Source of the DNA: Candidatus Nomurabacteria bacterium
GTDB taxonomy: Bacteria > Patescibacteriota > Minisyncoccia > Phycocordibacterales > UBA9973
Assembly (NCBI GenBank): GCA_021413905.1
Contig: JAIOPO010000005.1
Span: 81,271-145,270 of the forward strand
Length of the DNA stretch: 64,000 bases
Reading direction: 5' to 3'
The translations under genes and the position numbers were made by a program. Under the pieces are notes generated by a model. It saw only the letters and a list, made by a program, of their open reading frames with translations. It searched no databases and was not told the origin of the DNA. Numbering within the stretch: the first letter of the stretch is position 1; the number at the start of each line of letters is the position of its first letter. Below, in pieces: positions 38,252 to 46,503 of the stretch.

Positions 38252-38896
38252 TTAAATATATAAGCCGGTAATACCATGAAACAATATAGACAAAACAGGA
38301 TAAAGATAATTTGAAAAGAAAATGACAAAAACCAACAATGCAATCAATGAATATTGTTCTATTAAAAGAGTAACTGGGCGTAAAAAACCTGGCAACAATG
38401 GATAAAGTATTTTAGAGCCATCGAGCGGAGGTATTGGGACCAGATTAAACAAAGCCAAAGAAATATTTATCAAAACTATTTCAATTGTTATTTTATAAAA
38501 AGCATCAATATTCACAGGATCATAAACCGGAAAACCTAAACTCGGAGCAAGATGAATTAAAATTCCAAAAATACAAGCGATGGAAAGGTTTGCTAAAATT
38601 CCAGCAGATGCCACAGCTATGCCTCCCCATTTTTCATTTTTTAAATTATGAGGATTGTACGGCACAGGTTTCGCCCAGCCAAAAATAAAAGAATGTCCTG
38701 TAACAAGAGAACCGAGATATAACATACCAGGCAAAATAATAGAACCAAATGGATCCAAATGTTTTAATGGATTCAATGTCAGTCTTCCGGCATAACGCGC
38801 AGTTCTATCCCCTAAAAAATCAGCCATGAAGCCGTGACACAATTCGTGTATCACTACAGACATGATGAGTATGATTATAAAAAATAAAGTATCCAT
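38252..38896 (-). CDS. Site-2 protease family (M50) membrane metalloprotease.
   Basis: HExxH in TM1 (HELCHG) and polytopic membrane topology. Confidence 0.75.
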   Translation of the reverse strand: MDTLFFIIILIMSVVIHELCHGFMADFLGDRTARYAGRLTLNPLKHLDPFGSIILPGMLYLGSLVTGHSFIFGWAKPVPYNPHNLKNEKWGGIAVASAGILANLSIACIFGILIHLAPSLGFPVYDPVNIDAFYKITIEIVLINISLALFNLVPIPPLDGSKILYPLLPGFLRPVTLLIEQYSLIALLVFVIFFSNYLYPVLSILFHGITGLYI

Positions 38897-38958
38897 AAAA
38901 TGTTTAAAATATTAAAGGGGTTGCATCCCTACAATTTATATGATAACATAAAAAAATC

Positions 38959-39213
38959 ATGGCGAAAATATGTGCAATAACAAATAAGACTTCAATTGTC
39001 GGTGGTGGCTACTCAAACCGCACTCGTGCGACCAAATTCAACCCTACAGGCAAGAAGCGTAAGTATCAGAATCTTCAGAAAAAGAAGGTTTTTGTTCCTG
39101 AATTAAACAAATCCGTAAATATCGAGGTTTCTACAAGAGGCCTACGCACTATCAAGAAAAACGGCGCTTACGCCACACTCCTCAAAGCCGGACTAATCAA
39201 AGCTAGAGTTTAA
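38959..39213 (+). CDS. rpmB: 50S ribosomal protein L28.
   Basis: MAKICAITNK...GLRTIKKNG matches L28. An upstream TTGCAT-N17-TAACAT promoter is present. Confidence 0.8.
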   Translation: MAKICAITNKTSIVGGGYSNRTRATKFNPTGKKRKYQNLQKKKVFVPELNKSVNIEVSTRGLRTIKKNGAYATLLKAGLIKARV

Positions 39214-39227
39214 ATAAAAAAAACAAA

Positions 39228-39255
39228 AAAATCCCCAAATGGGGATTTTTTTGTT
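39228..39255. terminator. Bidirectional intrinsic terminator (atcccca-aat-ggggat plus T7).
   Basis: Seen directly in the sequence. Confidence 0.7.
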
Positions 39256-39263
39256 AACTTATT

Positions 39264-40649
39264 TTAATGTGCTGGCACAAAAGTCAAAGCTGTTCCCTTT
39301 TTGCCTGCACGGCCGGTACGGCCTATGCGGTGCACATATGTGTCGTAAGTCTGTGGCACGTCGTAGTTGATAACGTGCGTGACGTCAGGTATGTCCAGAC
39401 CTCGCGCTGCGACATCTGTCGCAATCAAGATATTTATCTTGTCAGTCTTAAACAAGTCCAAAGTGCGAATACGGTCTCGGCTTCTTTTGTCGCCGTGTAT
39501 TGTACCCACTTTGAAACCGATTTTACCAAGTTCTTTAGAAAGGTCATCTACTGCATGTTTCATCTCGCGGAAAATCAAAATCTTGTCTGTGCCTTCTGAT
39601 TTCAAAACTTCGTGCAAGAGTTCTATTTTAGATTCTTTGGTTTTAAACTTCACGACATCTTGGTCAATATTTTTTGCAGTCTCACCGGAAACTACAGAAA
39701 TAAATACAGGATTTTTCAAAAAATCTGCTGTAAGTTTTTTTATTTCCGGAGAAAGTGTCGCGGAGAAAAAAAGAGTTTGTTTGTCCGGAGATGTTTTTGA
39801 AATAATTGAAACCATGTCATCGCGGAATCCCATATCAAGCATTCTGTCCGCTTCATCAAGCACCACATATTTATAAGGTGCTAAATCCAACACTTTTCTT
39901 TTTATCAAATCCATTACACGTCCTGGTGTACCGATAACGAAAGACACTCCGCGAGTAATTTCATTTATTTGTTTCATAATCGGCATACCTCCGACAACAC
40001 ATACTCCATAAAGTCCTGAGCCGAAAGCGAGAGAGCGAAGTTCTTCTTCAATCTGCATTGCGAGTTCGCGAGTAGGAGCAAGTACCAAAACTTTTTGAGT
40101 TTTGTCTTTCATTACTTTGTCTATCAATGGCAAAAGAAATGCCGCTGTCTTTCCTGTACCTGTATTTGCCAAACCAAAAACATCTTTTCCTTCAATTACA
40201 GATGGAATAGATTGATCTTGAATAGGGCGAGGATTTGTATATCCTTTACGTGTAATATTTTTATGAAGCTGTTCATTGAAAGGAAAATCCGCAAAAGTAT
40301 GTTTTGCTATGTATGGCTTTTCTTCCACTTTTACTGCTTTTTGAATAAAGCGAGAATAGTCTATCCTCTCGCCACCAAATCTACCGCGTTTTGCTGGGCG
40401 TGAATTTCTACTAAAACTATTTTTCTTAAAACCTCCACCTCCAAAACTTTTTCTAGCTCCAAAAGCTGGCTTGCTTGTGCCGAAAGAACGAACAGGCTTA
40501 CCAGTCGTAAACGGTCTGCTTGAACTTTTAGCTGGTCCCGCAAAGCGAGACGGTGCACGTACTCCAGACGAAGCTGGACGCGCGAAACTGCGTGTTTTTA
40601 TCATATATTTCTTTTTGTCATGGTAATCAATACCACGACTCAAAGTCAT
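39264..40649 (-). CDS. DEAD-box ATP-dependent RNA helicase with an N-terminal Arg/Gly/Phe-rich (RGG/FGG-like) extension.
   Basis: Motifs GTGKTAAF (I), DEAD, SAT and HRIGRTGRAG (VI). About 100 aa of low-complexity basic region precede the core. Confidence 0.9.
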   Translation of the reverse strand: MTLSRGIDYHDKKKYMIKTRSFARPASSGVRAPSRFAGPAKSSSRPFTTGKPVRSFGTSKPAFGARKSFGGGGFKKNSFSRNSRPAKRGRFGGERIDYSRFIQKAVKVEEKPYIAKHTFADFPFNEQLHKNITRKGYTNPRPIQDQSIPSVIEGKDVFGLANTGTGKTAAFLLPLIDKVMKDKTQKVLVLAPTRELAMQIEEELRSLAFGSGLYGVCVVGGMPIMKQINEITRGVSFVIGTPGRVMDLIKRKVLDLAPYKYVVLDEADRMLDMGFRDDMVSIISKTSPDKQTLFFSATLSPEIKKLTADFLKNPVFISVVSGETAKNIDQDVVKFKTKESKIELLHEVLKSEGTDKILIFREMKHAVDDLSKELGKIGFKVGTIHGDKRSRDRIRTLDLFKTDKINILIATDVAARGLDIPDVTHVINYDVPQTYDTYVHRIGRTGRAGKKGTALTFVPAH

Positions 40650-40724
40650 AATTGATTTCCATCACTTGCCCCGCTAAGCGGGGTCATTCAGTCTCGATTA
40701 GATTAAAGTGAGATTGATAATTAA

Positions 40725-40753
40725 AGAATAGCATATTGCTTATATAATGTCAA
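40725..40753 (-). promoter_or_regulatory. P1-like promoter (minus strand: TTGACA-N17-TATTCT with caatatgc before the -10), upstream of the DEAD-box helicase; a GC hairpin follows in the 5' UTR.
   Basis: Spacer sequence resembles the P1 repeats; hairpin ccccgc-tta-gcgggg at 40668-40684. Confidence 0.45.
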
Positions 40754-40769
40754 ATTTGTTAAAGATATT

Positions 40770-41768
40770 TTGAAAAGTTATAATTCAATTATGCAAAATA
40801 AACTTATTGGTAAACATGTAGATGAATTGTATTTAGACCTCTTGGAACACATTATGAAAAATGGTGTCGAGAAAACTGACCGTACAGGCACAGGCACAAA
40901 GAGCATTTTTGGCTATCAAATGCGTTTCAATCTCGCTGATGGCTTCCCTCTCCTGACCACTAAAAAAGTACCCATCAAATCCATCATACATGAATTGCTT
41001 TGGTTTATGCGCGGAGATACAAATCTGAAATATCTTGCAGATAACAATGTGCATATCTGGGATGAATGGCCTTACAAAGCATATTTAAAAAGAAACAATT
41101 TACCAATTCCAGAAATCAATGGCGAAGAATGGAAAAATGGCATGGCAGAATTTGTGGATAAAATAAAAACTGACGAAAATTTTGCAAAAGAATATGGCAA
41201 ACTTGGACCGATTTATGGTTATCAATGGAGAAGCTGGCCTACACCAAACGGTAAACACATCGACCAGCTCGCAAATGTGATAGAGCAAATAAAAAATACT
41301 CCGGACTCTCGCCGAATGATTGTGTCTGCTTGGAATGTCGCTGACATCGAAGAAATGGCAAAAGCCGGACTACCCCCTTGTCATTGTTTTTTTCAATTTT
41401 ATGTTACTCAAGCAAACCCTTCGACCGGTGCTCAGGGTAAACTCTCCTGCCAACTTTACCAAAGAAGCTGTGATACATTTTTGGGTTTGCCTTTTAATAT
41501 TGCATCATATTCTGTGTTCACAATGATGATAGCTCAAATCTGCGGACTTGAAGCTGGCGAATTCGTCTGGACTGGAGGCGACGTGCATTTATATTCAAAT
41601 CATTTAGAGCAAGCCAGACTCCAACTATCCCGCCGTGGCGACATCCGCCCAATGCCGAAAATGAAAATCAATCCTAATAAAAAAAACATAGAAGATTTCA
41701 CGATAGAAGATTTTGAATTAACAGATTACAATCCGAATGAAGGCATCAAGGCGCCTATCGCAGTTTAA
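40770..41768 (+). CDS. thyA: Thymidylate synthase (ThyA).
   Basis: DRTGTGT and the active-site Cys region ([11 protein letters not shown]). The real start is probably the Met at about 40797. Confidence 0.9.
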   Translation: MKSYNSIMQNKLIGKHVDELYLDLLEHIMKNGVEKTDRTGTGTKSIFGYQMRFNLADGFPLLTTKKVPIKSIIHELLWFMRGDTNLKYLADNNVHIWDEWPYKAYLKRNNLPIPEINGEEWKNGMAEFVDKIKTDENFAKEYGKLGPIYGYQWRSWPTPNGKHIDQLANVIEQIKNTPDSRRMIVSAWNVADIEEMAKAGLPPCHCFFQFYVTQANPSTGAQGKLSCQLYQRSCDTFLGLPFNIASYSVFTMMIAQICGLEAGEFVWTGGDVHLYSNHLEQARLQLSRRGDIRPMPKMKINPNKKNIEDFTIEDFELTDYNPNEGIKAPIAV

Positions 41769-41774
41769 AAAATT

Positions 41775-42281
41775 ATGATTTCAATCATTGCAGGAATTGG
41801 TAAAAATAATGAACTCGGAAAAAACAATGCTTTGCTTTGGCGTTTACCAGCAGATTTAAAACATTTCAAAGAATTAACTTCCGGTCATTCTATTGTAATG
41901 GGCAGAAAAACTTTTGAATCAATAGGAAAGATTTTACCAAATAGAAGAAATATAATAATTACTCGAGACAAAAATTATAAAATAGAAAATGCAGAAATAG
42001 CACATTCGCTCGAAGAAGCCCTTCGACTCGCTTCGCTCGCTCAGGGTAAACACTTAAACGAAGAAGTGTTTATTATTGGTGGTGCGGAAATATATAAACA
42101 AGCGATGAATTTTGCAGATAAACTTTATATCACAGAAATAAATGCAACGGACAAAAAAGCGGACGTATTTTTCCCGGAAATAATACCAATAGTATTCGGA
42201 GAAGTTTCCAGAGAAAATCATCAAAAAGATGAAAAAAATCCATATGATTATGCTTTTGTGGAATATAAGAGATTTTTCTAA
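41775..42281 (+). CDS. folA: Dihydrofolate reductase.
   Basis: MISIIAGIGKNNELGKNNALLWRLPADLKHFKELT matches DHFR. Confidence 0.9.
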   Translation: MISIIAGIGKNNELGKNNALLWRLPADLKHFKELTSGHSIVMGRKTFESIGKILPNRRNIIITRDKNYKIENAEIAHSLEEALRLASLAQGKHLNEEVFIIGGAEIYKQAMNFADKLYITEINATDKKADVFFPEIIPIVFGEVSRENHQKDEKNPYDYAFVEYKRFF

Positions 42282-42611
42282 TTAAGGATCTAAATCCGTC
42301 TTTTCTCGTATAAAAATATCTTTACCATCAGGAGATTTAACTTTTTTATATTTTCTATTTTTATTTTTTTCTATTTTGTCTACCAATTCTTTTTCCAAAT
42401 CAAAACCTAAAATCTCAGACATTCCTAAAAGGAATATAGCAACATCTGCAAATTCTTCTGCTACCCCCTCTTGCCCTTTATTGAATTTAGAAAATGCTTC
42501 TGAAAGTTCTTCATGAGCGCGACAAAATTCAAGAGCCACATCAGTGGTATTAAAACCTTTTTCCAATTTATTTCGCATTATTTCTTTTTGCAATTCTTTC
42601 AAATTTACCAT
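42282..42611 (-). CDS. MazG-like nucleotide pyrophosphohydrolase domain protein.
   Basis: Small all-alpha protein with EE..E...EE..D metal-binding pattern (EELSEA...EEFADVAIFLL). Confidence 0.6.
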   Translation of the reverse strand: MVNLKELQKEIMRNKLEKGFNTTDVALEFCRAHEELSEAFSKFNKGQEGVAEEFADVAIFLLGMSEILGFDLEKELVDKIEKNKNRKYKKVKSPDGKDIFIREKTDLDP

Positions 42612-42615
42612 AAAA

Positions 42616-43122
42616 TTATTTTTGATTATTATATTTTTGTACTTCTTTGTTTAAAAGTTTAAATTTTATTCCGGCTTCTTTAAAAATCTCTTTGGTTCTT
42701 TTGCTTGCATGATAATCTTTTTTTGCAATCACTTTTTCAATACCAGCATTTATAATCATTTTAGCGCAAGCATAACAAGGTGTCATATTGCAATACAATG
42801 TGCCACCAAACAAAGCGTTGCCCACTCGAGCTGCATGCACAATTGCATTTTGTTCAGCATGCGCGGTGCGAATACAATGCATAGATTCTGTTCCATCTGC
42901 ATGAATAACAGTATGCATTTCGTGACCAATATCATCACAATGTTTTGTATTCACAGGAGAACCGGCATAACCAGTGGCTAAAATTCTATTATCTTTTACA
43001 ATAATACAACCTGTTTGACCACGATCACAGCTAGACCTTTTTGCAACAGTATCCATAATCTCAATAAAATATTCATCCCAAGATGGACGCTTGCTTTTCA
43101 AAGGCTTTTCTTGTTTCTTCAT
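42616..43122 (-). CDS. dCMP (deoxycytidylate) deaminase.
   Basis: Zinc motifs HAE and PCxxC (HAEQNAI...PCYACAKMI). The ORF-track start at 43194 adds a hydrophobic 24-aa leader; start is more likely MKKQEKPL... Confidence 0.8.
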   Translation of the reverse strand: MKKQEKPLKSKRPSWDEYFIEIMDTVAKRSSCDRGQTGCIIVKDNRILATGYAGSPVNTKHCDDIGHEMHTVIHADGTESMHCIRTAHAEQNAIVHAARVGNALFGGTLYCNMTPCYACAKMIINAGIEKVIAKKDYHASKRTKEIFKEAGIKFKLLNKEVQKYNNQK

Positions 43123-43197
43123 ATACAATAAATATACTACTAAAATTAAAAAAAGCCAGTCACACAGACTGGCTTTTAAACATTTCAAAAACATTAA

Positions 43198-43767
43198 TTA
43201 AAATAAATTTGGGATTTTTGTCTTAAAATTTTCCCAATTTATTTTTCGCTCTTCGGGAAGATGAGCATTGTAAGGATAATTTCTATCAAAAACAAAATGC
43301 TCAAACACTGGTGTTTTTTTACCCTTTATTTGTGGCTTGTCATCCACAAGGTAATCACACAGAATATGAGTCTTATCGTAAGTCAAAGTTAGTGAATGAG
43401 CAGCATCTGAACCAAAGTTATCCAAAAGGCATTCATATTTTTCTTTATAAGAATGTCCCGCATTTGGTCCCCTGTTTGGAGTAGAAACAAACATAACATG
43501 ATGATTTAACTCAATCAAATTTTTATAAATTTCTACTGCTCCAGGTATTAAAGGCAAATCCTTGTAAAATCCTGGACGATGCCAAATTGCATTAATTCTT
43601 GAACGATACTCTTCAGGATAATTGGAAGAAAAATCCCATTCAGTTTGTTTATCACGATGAAAAAAATCAAGATCGGGAAATTCTTTTTTGCATTCTTGCA
43701 TCAATTTTCCCACCCAATCAAAACATGTATCATCAAGGTCAAAACCAAGAGTCATATACTTACTCAT
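43198..43767 (-). CDS. HAD-superfamily 5'(3')-deoxyribonucleotidase-like (NT5C family) protein.
   Basis: N-terminal DxDxT motif (GFDLDDTCFDW). Confidence 0.55.
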   Translation of the reverse strand: MSKYMTLGFDLDDTCFDWVGKLMQECKKEFPDLDFFHRDKQTEWDFSSNYPEEYRSRINAIWHRPGFYKDLPLIPGAVEIYKNLIELNHHVMFVSTPNRGPNAGHSYKEKYECLLDNFGSDAAHSLTLTYDKTHILCDYLVDDKPQIKGKKTPVFEHFVFDRNYPYNAHLPEERKINWENFKTKIPNLF

Positions 43768-43835
43768 AAAAACCTCCTTTAAGATTGTTTAATTTTTCAA
43801 ATTCTACTTTCAGACTATCAATTTAAAAACAAAAA

Positions 43836-43875
43836 GTAAAGCACCCCATAGGCCTTGCCTATGGGGTGCTTTTGT
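43836..43875 (-). terminator. Strong intrinsic terminator right after rplK (12-bp stem gcaccccatagg-ccttg-cctatggggtgc).
   Basis: Seen directly in the sequence. Confidence 0.7.
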
Positions 43876-43891
43876 ATATATTTTAAAAAAT

Positions 43892-44314
43892 TTATTTAAC
43901 TTCTATACCCATAGATCTCGCGGAACCTGCAATAATAGCGACAGCGCCATCCATGTCTTTTGCATTTAAGTCAGTCATTTTCTTTGTTGCAATTTCTTCA
44001 GCTTGAGCGCGAGTTATTTTGCCCACTTTTGAAGAATTTGGTTTTCCGGAACCTTTTTCCACACCTGCCGCTTTCAATATCAAATCAGTAGCTGGAGAAG
44101 TCTTTACAACAAAATCATAAGTGCGGTCTTCATAAACAAAAACTTGCACACCCACCTTTTCACCCATCATTTTTGATGTAGCAGCGTTAAATTTAGTAAC
44201 GAAATCCCCTATGTTTATACCAGCTTGTCCCAATGCAGGTCCAAGAGGCGGAGCTGGAGTAGCTCTTCCACCCATAATTTGTAATTTAATTTTCTTTGTT
44301 ATCTTTTTTGCCAT
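43892..44314 (-). CDS. rplK: 50S ribosomal protein L11.
   Basis: L11 sequence ([14 protein letters not shown]). Confidence 0.9.
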   Translation of the reverse strand: MAKKITKKIKLQIMGGRATPAPPLGPALGQAGINIGDFVTKFNAATSKMMGEKVGVQVFVYEDRTYDFVVKTSPATDLILKAAGVEKGSGKPNSSKVGKITRAQAEEIATKKMTDLNAKDMDGAVAIIAGSARSMGIEVK

Positions 44315-44331
44315 TGCTTTTGTATATTATA

Positions 44332-44877
44332 TTAAATCTTCTTAACTTGCAAGAAATCCAACTCGACTGGTGTCTCGCGACCAAACATTGAAACAAGAAC
44401 TTTTATCTTACCTCTTTCTTGATCAACGCTGTTTACTTTACCTTCTAAATCCTTAAATGGTCCATCACTAATCAAAACAGTCTCTCCTATCGCCAAATCA
44501 ATATTGTGTTTTGCTGTATTAGAATCCATTTTCTTAAACAAATAATCAACTTCTTCTTTTCGAAGTGGCACAGGGTTGACTCCCGCACCAACAAAACCTG
44601 TAACACGAGGTGTATTACGAACAATATACCAAGAATCATCAGTAACAATCATATCCACCAATACATAACCAGGATAAATTTTTTCTTCAACTTCAACTCT
44701 TTTACCAGCTTTAATTTTTACCTTTTTTTCTACAGGCACTATTACATTAAAAATCTTTTCATGCATACCCAAAGAATCTATGCGTTGTTTTAAATTGCGA
44801 AGAACCGCATTTTCATATCCTGCATAAGTATGTATTGCATACCAATTCCTAACTCCTTGTGTTTCTTGTTTTGACAT
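44332..44877 (-). CDS. nusG: Transcription antiterminator NusG.
   Basis: NGN domain (WYAIHTYAGYE) plus KOW. Confidence 0.9.
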   Translation of the reverse strand: MSKQETQGVRNWYAIHTYAGYENAVLRNLKQRIDSLGMHEKIFNVIVPVEKKVKIKAGKRVEVEEKIYPGYVLVDMIVTDDSWYIVRNTPRVTGFVGAGVNPVPLRKEEVDYLFKKMDSNTAKHNIDLAIGETVLISDGPFKDLEGKVNSVDQERGKIKVLVSMFGRETPVELDFLQVKKI

Positions 44878-44880
44878 AAA

Positions 44881-45066
44881 TTAAAAAGAAATTATTTTTG
44901 TTAATCCTTTTGAAAACAGAAAATCAAAAAATCCTAAGAAATAAGCTATTAAAAAAGACAATAATAAAACTATACCAGTATAAAAAACTGTCTGGCTTTT
45001 TGTAGGCCAATTAACATGCTTTAATTCTGTTTTTGCTTCATTAAAATATTCAGTAATTTTTGACAT
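44881..45066 (-). CDS. secE: Preprotein translocase subunit SecE.
   Basis: 61 aa with a single C-terminal TM; located before nusG. Confidence 0.8.
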   Translation of the reverse strand: MSKITEYFNEAKTELKHVNWPTKSQTVFYTGIVLLLSFLIAYFLGFFDFLFSKGLTKIISF

Positions 45067-45094
45067 ATATTTATATTTTACAATGTTTTCTTTT

Positions 45095-45125
45095 ATTAAA
45101 AAAGCCCCGCAAAGGGCTCTTTTAA
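45095..45125. terminator. Intrinsic terminator (agcccc-gcaaa-ggggct plus T-run) after the 45155 gene.
   Basis: Seen directly in the sequence. Confidence 0.6.
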
Positions 45126-45154
45126 ATATACTCTTTTTAACTTAAAAAGTCAAC

Positions 45155-45943
45155 TTAACGAATTTCAAAAGTGATAGTCACATCTGAAGTTATTGTATTC
45201 TCTCCTTTTGGCAATTCAGCCACAGCAGGAGCAGAACTTCCCATAGCCATATCAGTTTTAGCATACATTGGCATAGGATAATTTCCATTCTCATTAAATG
45301 AAGTAATTTTTCCTAAATGAACACCTAAATCTCTGGCTAAAGATTTAGCCTTTTCTTTTGCATCATCTATAGCTTGTTTTCTAGCTTCAGCTTTTAAAGC
45401 ATCTTCATCATCAATAGAAAAATTTGGACCACTCAAATCTGTAACACTCAAACTTCCTAATCCTTGCATAATTGTTCCAACATTGTCAGTATTTCTTATT
45501 TTCACACTAATACTTTCATAAGCTTCGTAACCGACTATTTTTGGAGAAACAGGATCACAAGGACGAGGGTATGAATTTAAACAAGGATTTGTATAATCAT
45601 ATTTAGGATTAAAAGATGCATTTTGTGTTTTAATATCTTTATCTTCAATCTTATTTCCTCTTAAAAAACTTAAAGATTTATTTTCAATTTGAGCCACAGA
45701 ATCTTGAGCTTCTTTTACAGTTTTTGCTTCTTTGTGAATTGTAAAAGAAATATTGGCAATATCAGGCACAGCATTTACTTCTCCATGTCCTGTAAAAGAA
45801 ATGACATTAATATTTTTATTATCATCTTCATTTAAATTTTTTAATTCAGACAAAACTTTTACACCTAAAAATAAAGCTAGGATTATACCTACAATCAAAA
45901 TTATTTTGAATAACTTGCCCTTTTGTTCATTTGTAATTTCCAT
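45155..45943 (-). CDS. SIMPL-domain (DUF541 / YggE-like) exported protein.
   Basis: N-terminal TM anchor and SIMPL-like core; a paralog lies at 60371-61093. Confidence 0.55.
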   Translation of the reverse strand: MEITNEQKGKLFKIILIVGIILALFLGVKVLSELKNLNEDDNKNINVISFTGHGEVNAVPDIANISFTIHKEAKTVKEAQDSVAQIENKSLSFLRGNKIEDKDIKTQNASFNPKYDYTNPCLNSYPRPCDPVSPKIVGYEAYESISVKIRNTDNVGTIMQGLGSLSVTDLSGPNFSIDDEDALKAEARKQAIDDAKEKAKSLARDLGVHLGKITSFNENGNYPMPMYAKTDMAMGSSAPAVAELPKGENTITSDVTITFEIR

Positions 45944-45973
45944 ATTTTATTCTATTTCGCTAAACGAAATATA

Positions 45974-46450
45974 TTATTTTTTAATAGCAACCAATTCAAC
46001 TTTGAAAGTCAAAACAGAATTTGGAGGGATCACACCACCTACACCATTGGCACCATAACCATACTCAGGATTTATTTCCAATGTTCTTTGTTCTCCTGTT
46101 TTCATACCAGCAATACCTTCATCCCAACCTTTTATCACTTGTCCTGCTCCGATTGTAAAAACAAAAGGTTGAACATGATTAAACTTTGGATCAACATTTG
46201 AATCAAAAACTGTACCATCTGCGAGCATGCCTGTGTAATTCATAGCAACAGTATCACCCGTCTTAGCAATGTCACCATTACCTTCTTTTGTAATTGTAAA
46301 TTTATAACCTTCTTTTTGCACTGTTTGTGTATTGTTTTCTGCTGTCATTTTATTTTTATTTTTATTAATAGTAATATAAGCTAACCCGCCAATAACAACC
46401 AAAATAATTAAAACTGAAACAACCATATTTAATTTATTATCTTTAAACAT
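45974..46450 (-). CDS. FKBP-type peptidyl-prolyl cis-trans isomerase, membrane-anchored.
   Basis: FKBP core GAGQVIKGWDEGIAGMKTGE...LTFKVEL. Confidence 0.85.
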   Translation of the reverse strand: MFKDNKLNMVVSVLIILVVIGGLAYITINKNKNKMTAENNTQTVQKEGYKFTITKEGNGDIAKTGDTVAMNYTGMLADGTVFDSNVDPKFNHVQPFVFTIGAGQVIKGWDEGIAGMKTGEQRTLEINPEYGYGANGVGGVIPPNSVLTFKVELVAIKK

Positions 46451-46503
46451 ATTTTTATTTTTTATAATTAACTTTTAATACAAAACATTATACACTTTTT
46501 TAA

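Noticed and set aside
40668-40684. GC hairpin ccccgc-tta-gcgggg as a terminator for thyA or the helicase.
   Set aside because: No U-tract on the plus strand, and it lies upstream of the helicase start on the minus strand. More consistent with a 5' UTR structure.
40700-40770. A sigma70 promoter for thyA on the plus strand (TTGATA ... TATAAT).
   Set aside because: Spacing between the candidate -35 and -10 is about 23 bp. The same sequence reads as a well-spaced promoter on the minus strand for the DEAD-box helicase instead.
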